Shown here one piece after another: positions 34,024 to 47,500 of a stretch of 57,525 nt of DNA. Within the stretch, counting starts at the first letter, position 1; the number at the start of each line of letters is the position of its first letter. Under the pieces are notes generated by a model. It was not told the origin of the DNA. It saw nothing but the letters and a program-made list of their open reading frames with translations, and did not search any database. A program made the translations under genes and the position numbers. The DNA is from Mobula hypostoma. Its lineage: Eukaryota. The stretch covers positions 31,248,001-31,305,525 of the forward strand of contig NC_086101.1 in the NCBI RefSeq assembly GCF_963921235.1, in the 5' to 3' direction.

Positions 34024-34589
34024 TGTTTATTTCACGGACAAATTATGTCCCATTTCAATATTCTGCTTTATTGATGCGTATAGAGTGGAGTATTTAATGG
34101 GTATAAAGTGTACGTTCGGGTCAATAACGCACAGTTTCTGATACCCCCAAAGGCTCAGTTCAAACGCCGACCGCAAATCCCATTACTGACCATGATACTC
34201 GGACTCTAGCCAATGATCTTTACGGAACACACACCTGACCCCTAATGTCCTGGGCTCTCACTCTCAAGGTTCTTCCTCGCCGACAGTCTGGTCTCCAACT
34301 CCTCCAGCACAAAGCAAGACCCAAGTGTAATTTATGGCGCCCTGTGTGTGTTCCTTTATTAAACAATCTGTGTGCCGTTGTATTTCCTGATGCCTTTTCT
34401 GTGTAGAACGTTGGAACTGCCGACTCCATGCTCCTGATCGGCATAATTTCACACAGAAAACATCGGTAGTCCTCTTCCTTGGCACCGGCTGTGTAACGTA
34501 TTCTTTGGCTAATGTGGGATTCAGCGTCGCCGAAAGTTTCTTTGAATCACAGTCTGGGCTTCACACTTTCCGCTGGAGACAGTAAATGA

Positions 34590-35230
34590 CAAGACCATTA
34601 AGAACACTGATATACAGAGGGACCTTTGGACGCAAGTCCACAGCTCCCTAAAACTAGCAATATAACGAGGTAGGGTGGTAAAGGAGTACAGCTCACTTCC
34701 CTTCATCAATTGGAGCAAAGTCGGGAAGTTATGTTGATTTGGTTAGGCTACGCTTGCTGTATTCTGTGCAGTTATGGTCGCCATATTACAGGAAGGATGC
34801 GGAAGCTTTGGAGAGGGTGCAGAAGAAATTCATTAGGACGTTGCCTGCATCAGAGTGTATTGTTTATAAGGCGATGCCGGACAAATTTGGACTGTTTATC
34901 TGCAGTGCTGGAGGCTGAGTGAGGTTTATAAAAGTATGCATCATATGTAGAGTAGACAGTTCCCATTGTGGAAACATCGAATACTAGAAAACATACCGAA
35001 GTTGGGAAAGTTAAAAAGAGATTAATGAAGCATGTTTTTATGTTCCACGGAGAGCGGGGGCTATGTAGAGCATACTGCCAGGGGTGGTGATGGAAGCAAA
35101 TACGATAGTCGCATTTAGCACACGAACAGATAGGGAATGGGAGGATGGAGACCGTGTGCCTGGCAAATGGAATTAGATTAATTTGACATGATGGGCATTT
35201 GACATGATGCTCCTTGTTCGGTGTTCCGTG
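34590..35230 (+). mobile_element. CR1 3' fragment, old
   Basis: tgtgcagttatggtcgccatattacaggaaggatg...ttggagagggtgcagaagaaattc (VQxWSPYYRKD..LERVQKKF). Confidence 0.75.
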
Positions 35231-35554
35231 TGAATAGAAATACCTGTAAATTCGTTTCTTAACCGGAGCTATAAATCGTAACCCAGAGTGGGCGTCCGAT
35301 ATCAGATCACTATCGAGAAATGCAGAGGGCAGTTAACGGGCTGGATATGCTTCTGCAAAGAAGCACGGTCAGTCAGGTCACCTATGACTTCCTATCAGTC
35401 GGTTCTGTGTTTTGAGGTGTTGCTATCTCTGGTGCGCGTTAGCACCAGGCTCCGGGTAAACATTGCCCGCATTGAAAGATAAAATCTACCTCACCATCAA
35501 CCAATGTCAACTAAAGACTATGTGGTTACTAAAGCACTGAAATATACAGAATAT

Positions 35555-35900
35555 CAGGTCAGGTCAAGTCTTTTTATTGTCATTTCGACCATAACTGCTG
35601 GTACAGTACACAGTAAAAACCAGATGACGTTTTTCAGGACCATGGTGCTACATGAACAATACAAACTACATTGAACTATGTAAAACAACACAAAACTACA
35701 CTAGACTACAGACCTACCCAGGACTGCATAAAGTGCACAAAACAGTGCAGGCATTACAATAAATAATAAACAAGATAATAGGCACAGTAGAGGGCAGTAG
35801 ATTGGTGTCAGTCCAGGCTCTGGGTATTGAGGAGTCTGATGGCTTGGGGGAAGAAACTGTTACATAGTCTGGTCGTGAGAGCCCAAATATGTGTATGTCA
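35555..35900 (-). mobile_element. Rex1/Babar 3' UTR fragment
   Basis: Antisense repeated tail (tcaggtcaggtcaagtc), TTTATT, and the antisense SFFPQAIRLLN region. Confidence 0.75.
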
Positions 35901-36299
35901 TGCTCCGTCCTAGAAGAAGTAAGACGTTAGTTGTTGAAAATGAAAATAATTTTGTCTTTAAAAAATAGTGCATGTCAGAGAGAGAGAGGAATACTGGTCC
36001 ATCTGGATAATTCAGCGCCAAGATAGGGGCAGCCTGTCTGGGAATGTGTGGTTGGTAAGGAGGGGATTGAGAATGTGAACTCAATAAAGTTCAAAGGCCA
36101 GAAAATCTGCAACACACACTAAATGCTGGAGGAACTCAGCAATCCAGGCAGAGGATGAAGGGTCTCGCCCCGAAACGTCGACTGTTAACTCTTTTGCCTG
36201 GTCTACTGAGTTCGACAGAATTCTCTTGACTCAACGCTTGGAGCGTGGTCTTGCAACTGCCACATTTGTTTGGTCAGGGAGGCAGGTACAAGAAGTGTG

Positions 36300-37040
36300 A
36301 AACTTCAAAGTAAATTTATTATCAAATTACATAAATGTCACCATATACTACCCTGAGATTCAGTTGCTTGCACGCATTCAAGGTAGAACAAAATAAATAC
36401 CATAGAATCAATGAAAATCGACATTCAAAGACTGACAACAAATGTGCAAAAAATTCAAACTGCAAATACAAAATAATAATAATAAATAAACAAGTAAAGA
36501 GATATATTGAGAACATGAGATGTAGAGTCATTCGAAAGTGAGTCCATAGGTTGTTTGAACGATTCAGAGTTGAGGTGAGTGAAGTTACCCACACTGGTTC
36601 AGGTCCCAGTTGAAGGGTACTAACTGTTCCCTGAATCTGGTGATGTGCGACCTAGGGCTCATGTACCTCCTTCCCAATGGCAGCAGTGAGAAGAGATGGT
36701 GAGGGTCCTTGAGAATGGACGCAGCTTCTTTGCGGCAGTGTCCTTGTAGATATGCTCAATGGTAGGGAGTGCTTCACCTGTGATTAACAGGGTTGTATCA
36801 ACCACTTTTTGTAGACACTTGGGCTTTGGTATTTCCGTGTCAGGCCATGATGTAACCAGTTATGATACTCTCTACATTGCATATTTTGAAGTTTGTCAAA
36901 GGTTTAGATGGCATGCCGACTCTGTGCAATCTTCTAATAAAGTAAAGGCATTTTTGTGCTTTTTAATTGCACTTACATGCTGGTCTCAGGACAGATCCTC
37001 TGACATGAAAACACTAAGGAATTTAAAGTTAGTAACTCTC
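36300..37040 (-). mobile_element. Rex1/Babar 3' fragment
   Basis: ttcaaagtaaatttatt is the antisense of the tail at 16455-16480; continues into coding remnants. Confidence 0.75.
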
Positions 37041-37049
37041 TGTTTTCTA

Positions 37050-38290
37050 TTGGTTAACCAATCCTCTATCCATACTAATACATTACCCCCAACTCTGTGT
37101 ATCCTTATCAATAAGTCTTTTATGTGACACTTTATCGAATGCCTTCTGGAAATCCAAGTAAATAACGTCCGTCTGTTCCCCTCTATCCACTGCGCTGGTT
37201 ATATCCTCAAGGAGCTCCAGTGAGTGTCATGGTCCAGTTCGTGATGTCCACATTCCGGTTCACGATCCAGTCCATCAATCCATATTTCAGGTTGCCTCGC
37301 CTCGCCTCGCCTCCATCACTGTCAAGTTCAACTGCCGGAGCAAGATAAGGAACTATCTATCGTTGTTTTGAAATGTCTCTGTGTCCACACCTTCACTAGG
37401 TAGGTCCGGCCATTTGCTGCTACCTAGTGCTGAGAACCGTCTCGTCGTGTTCTGCATTCTGTGTATGAGTCCCGACCCTACGTCCTGTTCCCAAGGAGGG
37501 GTCCTGGCTCTGTGTTCTATGTCCCTGCATTCCTGTCTCTCCCTTGACCAAGTCAAGGCTTCCAGCTTTGTGTTCCGAGGTTCCTGTTTCCCAAGACCAC
37601 ATCATGTCTTTGCCTAGTTCCGGAGTCCGAACCTGAGTCAAGACCCTGGTTCTGGAACCTCGTCCAGTCTCTGGCTTGGAGTCTGAACCCAAGCCTCGTC
37701 ATGTCCTCACCTCGAGGAACCCAAGCCTCGTCATGTCCTCGCCTCGAGGAACCTAAGCCTCGTCATGTCCTCGCCTCAAGGAACCCAAGCCTCGGCTCCT
37801 TGTTCCCAGTTCCATGTCCTGGTTCTGCTATCCTAGTCCAGTCCTAGCCCAAGCCCTGAATCCTTGTCTCGTCCAGGGCCTGTGTCATGTCCAGCGTCCT
37901 TTCTTCCCCACTTTCCTTGTTTGCTTAACTCTAGTCCTAGTCCTGTTCCTAGTACGTCAGTGTCTGTGTCTTGCATTTGGGTCTGCTCCAACGCCCACCT
38001 CATGACAGTAAGTTTGTCAAACAGGACCTGCCTTTGCTGAATCCACGCTGCATCTGCCTGATTGATCCATTTATTTCCAGATGCCTCGCTATTTTTGCTT
38101 TAATGATAGCTTCAAGCATTTCCCAACTACAGATGTTAAACTAACTGGCCTATAGTTACCTGCCTTTTGCCTACATCCTTTTTTGAACAATGGAGTGACA
38201 TTCCCTCTCTTCCAATCTGCCGGGACCTGCCCAGAGTGCAATGAATTTTGGTAAATGATTACCAACGCGTCTACTATAAACACCCCCAAT
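37050..38290 (-). mobile_element. CR1 RT fragment interrupted by an LTR-like element
   Basis: VPADWKRGNVTPLFKKG...GNYRPVSLTSVVGK. Confidence 0.88.
37225..38007 (+). mobile_element. Solo LTR-like element (783 bp) with internal 32-bp tandem repeat
   Basis: Perfect TGTCATG...CATGACA termini. TSD GTGAG/GTAAG (one mismatch). 32-bp unit recurs at 37691, 37723, 37755, 37787. Orientation tentative. Confidence 0.82.
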
Positions 38291-38639
38291 TCCCTCACTC
38301 CGGAGTAATGAGAAGGCTGAGGGCACGTTTTTCACCGTACATGTGACAATAATCAACAGGCAAGATATTTCCTGCCTACTGAGTACTTGCTGTGTTTTCT
38401 GTGTCGATCACACCATCTTGTTTGTGGGCTCATGCTACAATGTGACCTCACTTTGACCCCTCACCCCGCCGGTTCCAGAAGATTTCGGGAGAAATCCTGA
38501 AATTCTCTCTACCTCAGTGCTGGAACACCCAAATTCCAGGAGGAACCAGAAAGTCAGGAAAAGGTGTAGCTGGAAGTCAGAAAGAGGAAAGAAGCAGTGT
38601 CTCTATAGGGAGTATTCTACAGGGACCCCATTCTCACCC

Positions 38640-39560
38640 TCAACAACTGTAACACTGAGGAGCAGATCGGAGGCAGACTGGAAAGGTGCAAAAATAGAGG
38701 GGTTATTGTCATGGGTGACTTCAATCTCCCTAATTTTGATTTCCACCTCCTTAGTGCAAAAGGGTTAGAAGGGGCAGAATTTATTATGTATTGGCCCACT
38801 AGAGGAGGGGCCATACTGGATCTGATGCTGGGCATTGAACCAGGAAATGGTCAGATCTCTGTGGGTGAGCATTCCATGACCACAACTCCTTGACTTTCAC
38901 CATAGCCCTGGACAGGGACAGGAAGAGACGGTATGGGAACTGAGACAGGTGCACCCAGGGGAATGAATGCAGTAATGTGGGCTGTTGTTTAGGGAGTCTT
39001 TGCATGTGTTTGTCCCACTGAGTAAGTGATGTGGAATGTCTAGTCAAAAGAAAGGAAGAAGCTTACTTAACATTTAGGAAGCAAGGATCATACAGGGCTT
39101 TAGTGGGTTACAAGATAGCTGGGAAGGAGCTGAAGGAGAGCTAGAAAGGGGCATGAGAAGTCCTTGGCAAGTAGGATGAAGGAAGACCCCAAGGTATTTG
39201 ACATGTATATGAAGAGCAGGATGATGCCCAGAGGGAGGACAGGACAGATCAAGGATAGTAGAGGAGAATGTGTGCTGGAGTTAGAGGAGATGGGGGCAAT
39301 CCCTAATGCATACTCTATCTTGCTTCAGTTACCACCAGTGAGAGGAGCCCTGTGGAATGTGAGGGCAGTGTACAACAGGCTCATGTGTTGTAACATTAAG
39401 GAAGGGGATGTGCTGGAATGTTTGGAAAACATTAGGATATATAACTCCCCAGGGCCAGATGGGATATACCCCAGGTTACTACGGGAAGTGAGCAAAGAGA
39501 TTGCTGCATCTTTGGCGGTGATCCTTGCATCCTCACTGGCCACAGGATAGTACCAGAAGA
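38640..39560 (+). mobile_element. CR1 ORF2 fragment
   Basis: MGDFNLP...PTRGGAILDL; SPGPDGIYPRLLREV. Confidence 0.85.
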
Positions 39561-39564
39561 ATGA

Positions 39565-40370
39565 CCTTTCAAATCGTGTCAAAGGTTTCAAAGATACATT
39601 TAATGTCAGAGAAATGTATACAATATACATCCTGAAATTATTTTTCTTCACAACCATCCACAAAAGCAGAGGAGGGCCCCAAGGAATGAATGACAGTTAA
39701 ATGTAGAACTCCAAAGTCCCCCCCAGCTCCCCCTCCCACACATAAGCAGCACCAAAGCAATGATCCCACCTCCCCCATCAGCAAAAAAGCATCGGTGCCC
39801 CCACTGAGCACTCAAGCGTGCAGCAAAGCATCAATAAAGACACAACTTGCAGTACTCCAAAGACTGCTCGTTCACCTGCTACTTGACATACCACAGGCTC
39901 TCTCTCTCCCTAATAAGGGAAAAAGAGGTGTCCCGGTTTCACAGCAAGGGGGAGACATAGAAATCAACTTGCTGATTTATGATGTTAAAAGTCTGTTGCG
40001 TAGGTTTTTCTGAGCTCTGTGCCCAAAGAACTCAAGTCTCTTGCTGCTTTCGATCTTCTGTTTCCCACGACACACCAATTTGCTGCGGAGGCACCGACCC
40101 CGGGTCTGCCCGCCTCCAGAGCCACAACATCGCAGAACCCTGAAGGCGCACTAATCTTCTAGGCTGCGTCCTTGGCATATCGAACAGCTGCCAGTTGTGA
40201 GGCCTCGAGAGCGGTTCCCATTCCCACAAAGAACCGAAGTCAGCAGGTAACTCCAGGTCAGGATCTTCGAAAGAAACCTGAAAGGGTAAAATAGAGATAT
40301 TAAAGATAGAAACAGAGCTGTTTCTGAAGATGCAGGCAAAGGAGTGGCTGTTAGGCACCATCCTCCTCCT
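39565..40370 (-). mobile_element. Non-autonomous LINE-tailed retroelement (second family)
   Basis: Minus strand starts AGGAGGAGGATGGTGCC and ends with a Rex1-like ATTAAA...TTTGAAACCTTTGA tail; no recognisable protein. Confidence 0.65.
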
Positions 40371-43275
40371 AAGCTCCTTGGAATCTAATGTCACTGCACA
40401 CTTTTCTAGATTGAATTCCATCTGCCTCCTCTCAGCCCAGCTCTGCATCTTATCATTGTCTCATTGTAACCTACAAAAACTTTCTACACTATCCACTTCA
40501 CCACCAGCCTCTGTGTCACCTACAAACTTACCCTTCAACCCCCTCATCCAAGTCATTTCTAAAATCACAAACAGCAGATCCCCATAGAACAGTTTTACTC
40601 AATGATCTCCAGGCATAATATCCTTTTTGTGAACACCATGAAAAAACTCTTTGAAATTCCTTCACGGTTCCTCATACATTAGCCAACTCCTCCCTCAAAC
40701 CGCTGTAGTCTTTCTTGTTTCAGCATTAAACACTGCTTTTAGATCGGACATCTACACCGTCTATCTGTGTGGACACATTTGTCTTCTCAATTCCAGCCAG
40801 TCTTTAAGATGCAGCTTTGTTATTCATGACACTTTGCTCATTGTCTGCTTCCCTCCTAGCCCACTGAGGTATATATATGACATCCTGTCTTTGCCAATAC
40901 AATTCCTGACAACTGAAACCACATTGCCCTCTATTTTGAAGGATATAATGAAATATAGTAAAACAAAGAAACTCTTTACATTTCATAAACATTTTCTAGC
41001 TGCATCCAATTCCAGCTGTGTAGCAACGAAGGCTATGTGTGCAGGAGCATCTCAGTTACTGTGTGGCCACACACCCGTGCATCTCAGAGGGAACACTAAT
41101 TGAAAATATCAGACATTGTCAGCAGTTACTGTGTGGGCAGGGGGACCCAGCAAGGTGGCTGCTCCAGGTTCACGGGCAACAGTTCATGTTCGGAGCCATG
41201 ACAGAACATTGTCAGAATAAACTGACAACAAATCTCCCAGTCCCTTTGATTGATCTGCAGGAGGGTTTGTGGTGGGCTCTATTTGAATGGTTACAAGGAC
41301 TTCACCCTGATGACATCCCCTCCTGGACTGTCCTTTCAATCATTGACCAACCACTGAAATGAGTCCAGCTCATTTGTGTTCACTCCCATTCCGGCTGGGG
41401 TGGTTGCTTTCAGATGCTGTACGTAATTTTTTCTCCCTCTCTTGGTTTCATTGACCTTGCCATCCAGGTGTGGAAGTTGATGACTCCTTAGTTACCCAAG
41501 GCTGGTTCTCTCTGTCAAATGCATTTAACTGGAATGTATTTTTTTTTGAACATCATGAAAAAAACTCTTTGAAACTTTTCCACTGTTCCTCAACTGATTC
41601 ATCTGAGACAATGAATCCCACAGATTGACTACACTCTACTTAAATAAATTTCTCTTCATCTTTGTTCTAAAGGGATGGCCTTCTGTTCTGAGGCTGTGTT
41701 CTCTGGTCTTAAACTCCCCTACTATAGGAAATATCCTCACCACATCCATTCTCTACATCCCCTACTCTCCCCACAGGGTCCCCTCATCCTATCTGCCCAC
41801 ACTCCACACTCCACCTTCCTCTCCTTTCAAATTCCATCATCTTCCTCTCTGTCACCTTTCACCTCCCACCCTCTGACACTATTCCCACTCTCCCATCCAC
41901 CGTTTTCCTATCTCCCCGCCTGAATTCACCTAACGTTCCCCAGTTCTTGCTCCGCTCCTTCCCTCACCTTTATACCATCTCCCTTATATCCAGATGAAGG
42001 GTCGCGATCCGAAATGTCAACTATCCGGTTCCTTCCGTAGATGCTGCCGTGGAGTTTCTTCAGCATCTTGTATGTGCCAGGGAGATGGGTGTTTGCCCGA
42101 GTCTGGGACAGTTGCTGTAGAGCCGGATTCTACCACATGATGGCGATGGCGAGCTGTGCATGGGCCTGTGCTGTTCCACGGCGCGCGACCTCCACCTGCT
42201 GCCAAAAGCCGGTACTGCAGGGTGGCAGTAATTCAACATCCTTGGTCCGGCTGATGTTCAACAAAGTCCAGACTGGGAGCGCGGAGATTCGAACGTGGCT
42301 CCTGGTTCTATGGAAGGAGTTATGGGAAAATATCAGTATGTATATTGAAGGTGTAGAGAAGATCCATCAGTGTGCCTAAAGTATCATTGAAGTGGTTTTT
42401 GAAACAATGAACTGAATTCCCATGGTTAACACATAAAGTGCGGGCAGAATTCAGAGAGAAACACACACAACATGATGGAGGAGCTGAACATGTCAGTCAG
42501 CAGCAATGGAGGGAAATGAACAGCAGAAGCTTTAAATGAGATTTAGTGGAGGGAATCAGAATGCGACAAGTTTGGTCCAGTCAATCAGGAGAAATGTTTC
42601 CAGTGGCAGGAGTGTAGTGAACCGAGATCAAAGACCGAAGCAGTAGAGTGAATGATGGGAGGTATACTTCCAGATGTGATGATGCCAACACTGCTGACCT
42701 GGCCTGTTGAGTTCCTCCAGCATTTTGTGTGTATTACCTTGACTTCCAACGTCTGCAGGTTTTCTCTTGTCTGTCATACTCCTGGCTAGCTTCCCTCATT
42801 CTCCACTCCAGAAACTTTAGTTCTTCTAGCAATGCTGCCTGAGCCAGATTGACAGTCTGCCTTTCACCCAGTGCCCACTGAGATGTTTCATCCACTCCTA
42901 TCCAGTCTCTTTGGAATGTTTAACACTTTCCTTACCAGTGCTCTGGGTTGAGATTCAGATGATTCTGTGCAGGGTCCTCACCTTGGTTTCACCTGCTTCT
43001 ACCCAATGTTCTGGGACTCCGGACATTGGTCAGAAAATGGAAACAAATCCAGAGAACCATGAGGTAATGGCACTGGGGAGGTTCAACAAGAGTTCAAAGT
43101 TCAAATTACATCTATTTTCTGTGACAAGAGTCTTTGACGAGGATGGCTTCATCACAAGTGCCGGAGTATCTGAGTCTGGTATCGAGACACTGTCTCAAAC
43201 AGGACCAAGAAATTGAGCACAAAACAAACTCTAGACAAAATTACTGGTAGGTTTACAATGGAGTACTGAACATTG

Positions 43276-46200
43276 TTCTTCTTCTTCTGACTTAATGGTG
43301 GTTGACAGTCCAACTTAAAGGTGCATTACTGCCACCAACTGGACTGGACTGTGGTGTAGAGGACTGGGAGATAAACCCCCTACTTTAGTTCTTTATCAAA
43401 TGAAAAAGCCCTACAAATTGTAAATAATGAAAGACAATACTGTGAATTAAAGTCACTTGCATAGCTTAGTAAAGTTTCAAAATGAAATCTATCAACCCCC
43501 AAAGATAGTAGTGCAGCCTGCATTTGCTTTCTTTCAACCTTATATGCTTCACATTGTAAAAGAATTTGTTCAACTGTTTCATAATGTTGACAAAACTGAC
43601 ACAATACAGAGTGATGTTCTCCGACAAGATACAAGGAATAATTAAGCATAGTGTGCCTAATTCTAAGTTGAGCCAATATAATTCCTTCCCTTCTTGTTTT
43701 ACCGTCTTCTCCCATCAACCCAATAGTTTTGTGTATTCTGTAAAGGTGTCTCCTCTTATCTCACATGTCTTGCCATAATCCCCTCATTCTTATCCCTACC
43801 AATCCCTTAGCTTCTGATTTGCTAAGTGGAAGGTCTATATCCACAATTGAACTTTTAACAGCCTTTTTAGCCAAACAATCAACCAACTCATTCCCCTCGA
43901 CACCTCTATGTGCAGGGACCCATAAAAAGAGCACAAGTAGACCAATACTTTGAATGTGAAATAAAGCTTGTTGTGCTTCCAGCACTAAATCTGACCTACT
44001 ATTAGAATGACCTGTTTTAAAACTAATCAAAACTGAAAAAGAATCTGAACAAATTATAACTTTGTAAGGACAGATTTCCTCCACCCATTGAAAACCCAAA
44101 ATGATGGTAACCAATTCTGCTGTATATCACAATAATTTCCTTATCATACTGATGAACCAACAGACTCTCAGGATCCTTGGATTTTATTAAATCACGTAAC
44201 CTCAAATCAACTAAAGTGATTCGAAAAAAACCAAGGTGGGGTTACTGAGTAATCTACAGTGGGACGTATTGCATACTCCAGCAAACCTGTATTCGTAGTG
44301 ATCAGAACCCAGCCACCCAAAACTAGAAACACTCTTCTTGTGATGATCCCAATAGTCCTCCAACACACCTTTAACAGGATGATCATTTCTCTGCTCCCTT
44401 AAATTAACCTAGTATGTTAACATCGACTTCAACCTCACAACTGTAAGGGTAATTGCCCCATTTCAACCAGTAAAGCTGAAACAAGAGACGACGTTACTGC
44501 ACCACAACAGAGTCTTAAAGCCTGTGCTTGCATCACATCCAAATATTTTAAATTTGAAGATGAAGCTGATCCATAAGCCACACAGCCATAATCAAGAACA
44601 TATCTAATTAAACAAATATAAATGGTCGACAGATTTTCATGTAGTACCCCAAGAATTCCCACATAGAGCCCAAAGGATATTTAATGCTCCTTTACATTCA
44701 TCAATTATTTTCCTGATATGGTTCTCCCATGTCAGCTTATTATCCAGCCACATGCCAAGAAATCTTTACCACTGACGCTTCTTCAAGAGTTTGACTATAT
44801 AATTTCAAATCAAGTGCAGGACTATTGATCCTCTTTGTAAAACATACAACTTGTGTTTTAGCTACTGAAAACTTAAAATCCCATCTATTTGCTCACTATT
44901 TGATCAAATTAAATTGAAATCTCTACTTCTAATCCATCATCAGCAAAATGTGATTTATCCACCCCAGTACCTATCTCAGAGAAAAAAATCATTAATCATA
45001 ATATTAAACAATAGTGGGCTATAAATACTGCCTTGTGCGGTTCCATTCTCTATCTAATAGAAGCCCGAATACCTTACCTATCCTTACCTGCATAGACTCT
45101 CCAAACAAAAAACTCAGGAAGAAATTATATAGCCTTCCTCTCACTCCTAATTTCCACAATTTAATCAAAAGATCATCTCTTCATACGCTTTTTCAATATC
45201 AAAAACACACTATTACAATTTCTTTATTTACTTGTTATTTCCTAATATCGTCTTCCAAACAAAAAAACTGAATCCAATGTCATTCTACCCTTCCAAAATC
45301 TACTCTGATAAAATACATTTCTATTTCCCAAAATATAATTCAACCGCTCTATTAACACACGTTCCCATAAATTTACACAAATGGGACGTTAGTAATATTG
45401 GTCTATAACTAGAAGGATCCCAAGGGGGTTTCCCAGGTTTTAGAATAGGAACTACTACTGCAATTTTCCCATAAGGGAAGATGGCCTAAACTCCAAATAT
45501 AATTCAAAAATGTTAATATTATCTCAAGAGAGTTGTCGGTCATATGTTTAAATATACAATACCATATACCATCCTTTCCTGGAGCAGTCTGACCTGTACA
45601 ATTAATAGTTTTCATAAAATCACACAAAGGAAACTCTACATCACTAATACTCTCATCGCTACAGCTGCTTCCAACACATCAGGGTATTCACTTTGAGCCT
45701 TACCCCTACGTTGTTTAGCCTCTTCACTTAAATTACCCTGATTATGAATTGAAGCAAATGACCAAGCCAAAAACTCAACCTTCTTTGTTTCAGTAACAAT
45801 CATATGACCTTCTTTAATCAGTACTAGAATGTTATTAGTCCTATGAATTCCCCCCCATTTTCTTAATCATTCCCCAAACTTCTCCAAGTGTAATAATATC
45901 CCTTCCAATACTATCACAATATGACCTCCAGTAAACCTTCTCATAACCTTCACCATTTTCCACAACATGGCCTGTGCCCTTTTATACTTAATAAGGTCAC
46001 TGAGAGAGTGATACTTCTTAACTTTCCTAAACACCTTATTTCACTCCCTAATTGCCTCTGCACACTCCTCAGTCCACCACGGTACAGCCTTTCTCCTATT
46101 AATGCCCTTTTTAGTGGGAATCACTTCCACCACAGTCTGATGAATAACGTAACATAACCTCTCATTGCAGAAATCCACATCATCTTCAACATTCAGCCCA

Positions 46201-47500
46201 TTCATCACAGAAAACCTTAAACTTCCCCTAATTTTCTCTACCAAAATTCCACCTCCTAAAAGTGGTCTCCTGTCCCCTATATAACTACCCACCCAAGGTG
46301 ATAAATATAGGAAAATGATCACTCCCAAATGTTTCATCTCCCATGGCATCCCGCTCACTCACTCCAGCCAGAATGTTTGAAACTGAAGTTAAATCTATAG
46401 CAGTTTTAGAACTATTATGAAAATTAAGTCTCATACCCCTCCCATCATTGTGACACACAAGATGGGAAATATCTAAAAATTTTTCTACAATCAAACCATT
46501 ACCATCTTTCCGCAAACAACCCCCCACTTTGTGCATTAAAATCCCTACATCTTAGTGAGCTAGAGCCACATACACTTTCTAGTAAATCAATCGAAAACTT
46601 TCCACAAAGGTTGTAAATTTACCACTTTAGTACCCCTACATGTTGAGTTGAATACTTGTACTACTGATGCCTCATACACTTCATTCACATCCACAACTCC
46701 ATATCCTACCCCTTTTCTTATAAAACTTGCAACACTGCCCCCTCTGCCAACTAACCTATCACGTCTAATTACAATATAATCCTGCAAAGAAAAACTGAAA
46801 CATGCTAACCAGGTTTCTTGAAAATATATAACATCAGGTGGATTCAATAAATCAGAAATAAACTTCTTAAAGTCTTGACCCTTAGAAATCTGGCTTCTCA
46901 CATTCCACTGCCATATTCCTAATCCCATTATGTTCCTTCCCAAGCAGACTGGGATACAGCTACCCCATCTATTAGAGCTTCATTGACAGATTCCCACATA
47001 ACGCTAATTATACCAGGATACGTCTCTGCAGCTTTCACAATAATTTTAATGTGCTCAGTACGACTAGACGTCTGAACAGCAGAATTCACCACACCCATTG
47101 TAAACATCACAAACTTCATTTTATCAGCTAGTAAACTATCTTTACTAAGAGAACTGTAATGCCCACATATAGTCTCTGACTGGTAATATTTCATCAACAT
47201 TTGGTTTAACTTTTTTTGCAAGGCCTCTGCATAAGACCTAACTGTACTTTAACCTGTTGATCTTCAGTTCACTTCTTAAGCACTTCACATCCTCTATAAG
47301 CTGCACTAAGTTCTCCACAATTACAACAATTAAACTTTATGTCTTCACAGTCTTCATACTTATGTTCCTCACCACACATGCTATGCCTTAATTTCCCATG
47401 ACTTACTGCTGCAACATGCCCAAACATTTGTAACATCTAAGCAGAGGTGGAATATAAGCTCATACATTATAACTAGCATACCCGAAGCTATCAGGGAGAG
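43276..47500 (-). mobile_element. Nimb/I-clade LINE with ORF1 zinc-knuckle remnant, APE, RT and RNase H; decayed
   Basis: QWNVRS...PDVIYFQETWL (APE), TAPGKDGI (RT), IICSDS...FLWVPAHRGVEGNELVDCLAK (RNase H), LLRCYKC near 47430. 3' end GGTGGCAGTAATGCACC...(AAG)n. Confidence 0.88.

Noticed and set aside
36152-36184. Other hammerhead-like motifs (also about 10396, 32150, 41990, 56513) as active ribozymes
   Set aside because: Each has a truncated or mutated CUGANGA or GAAA core.
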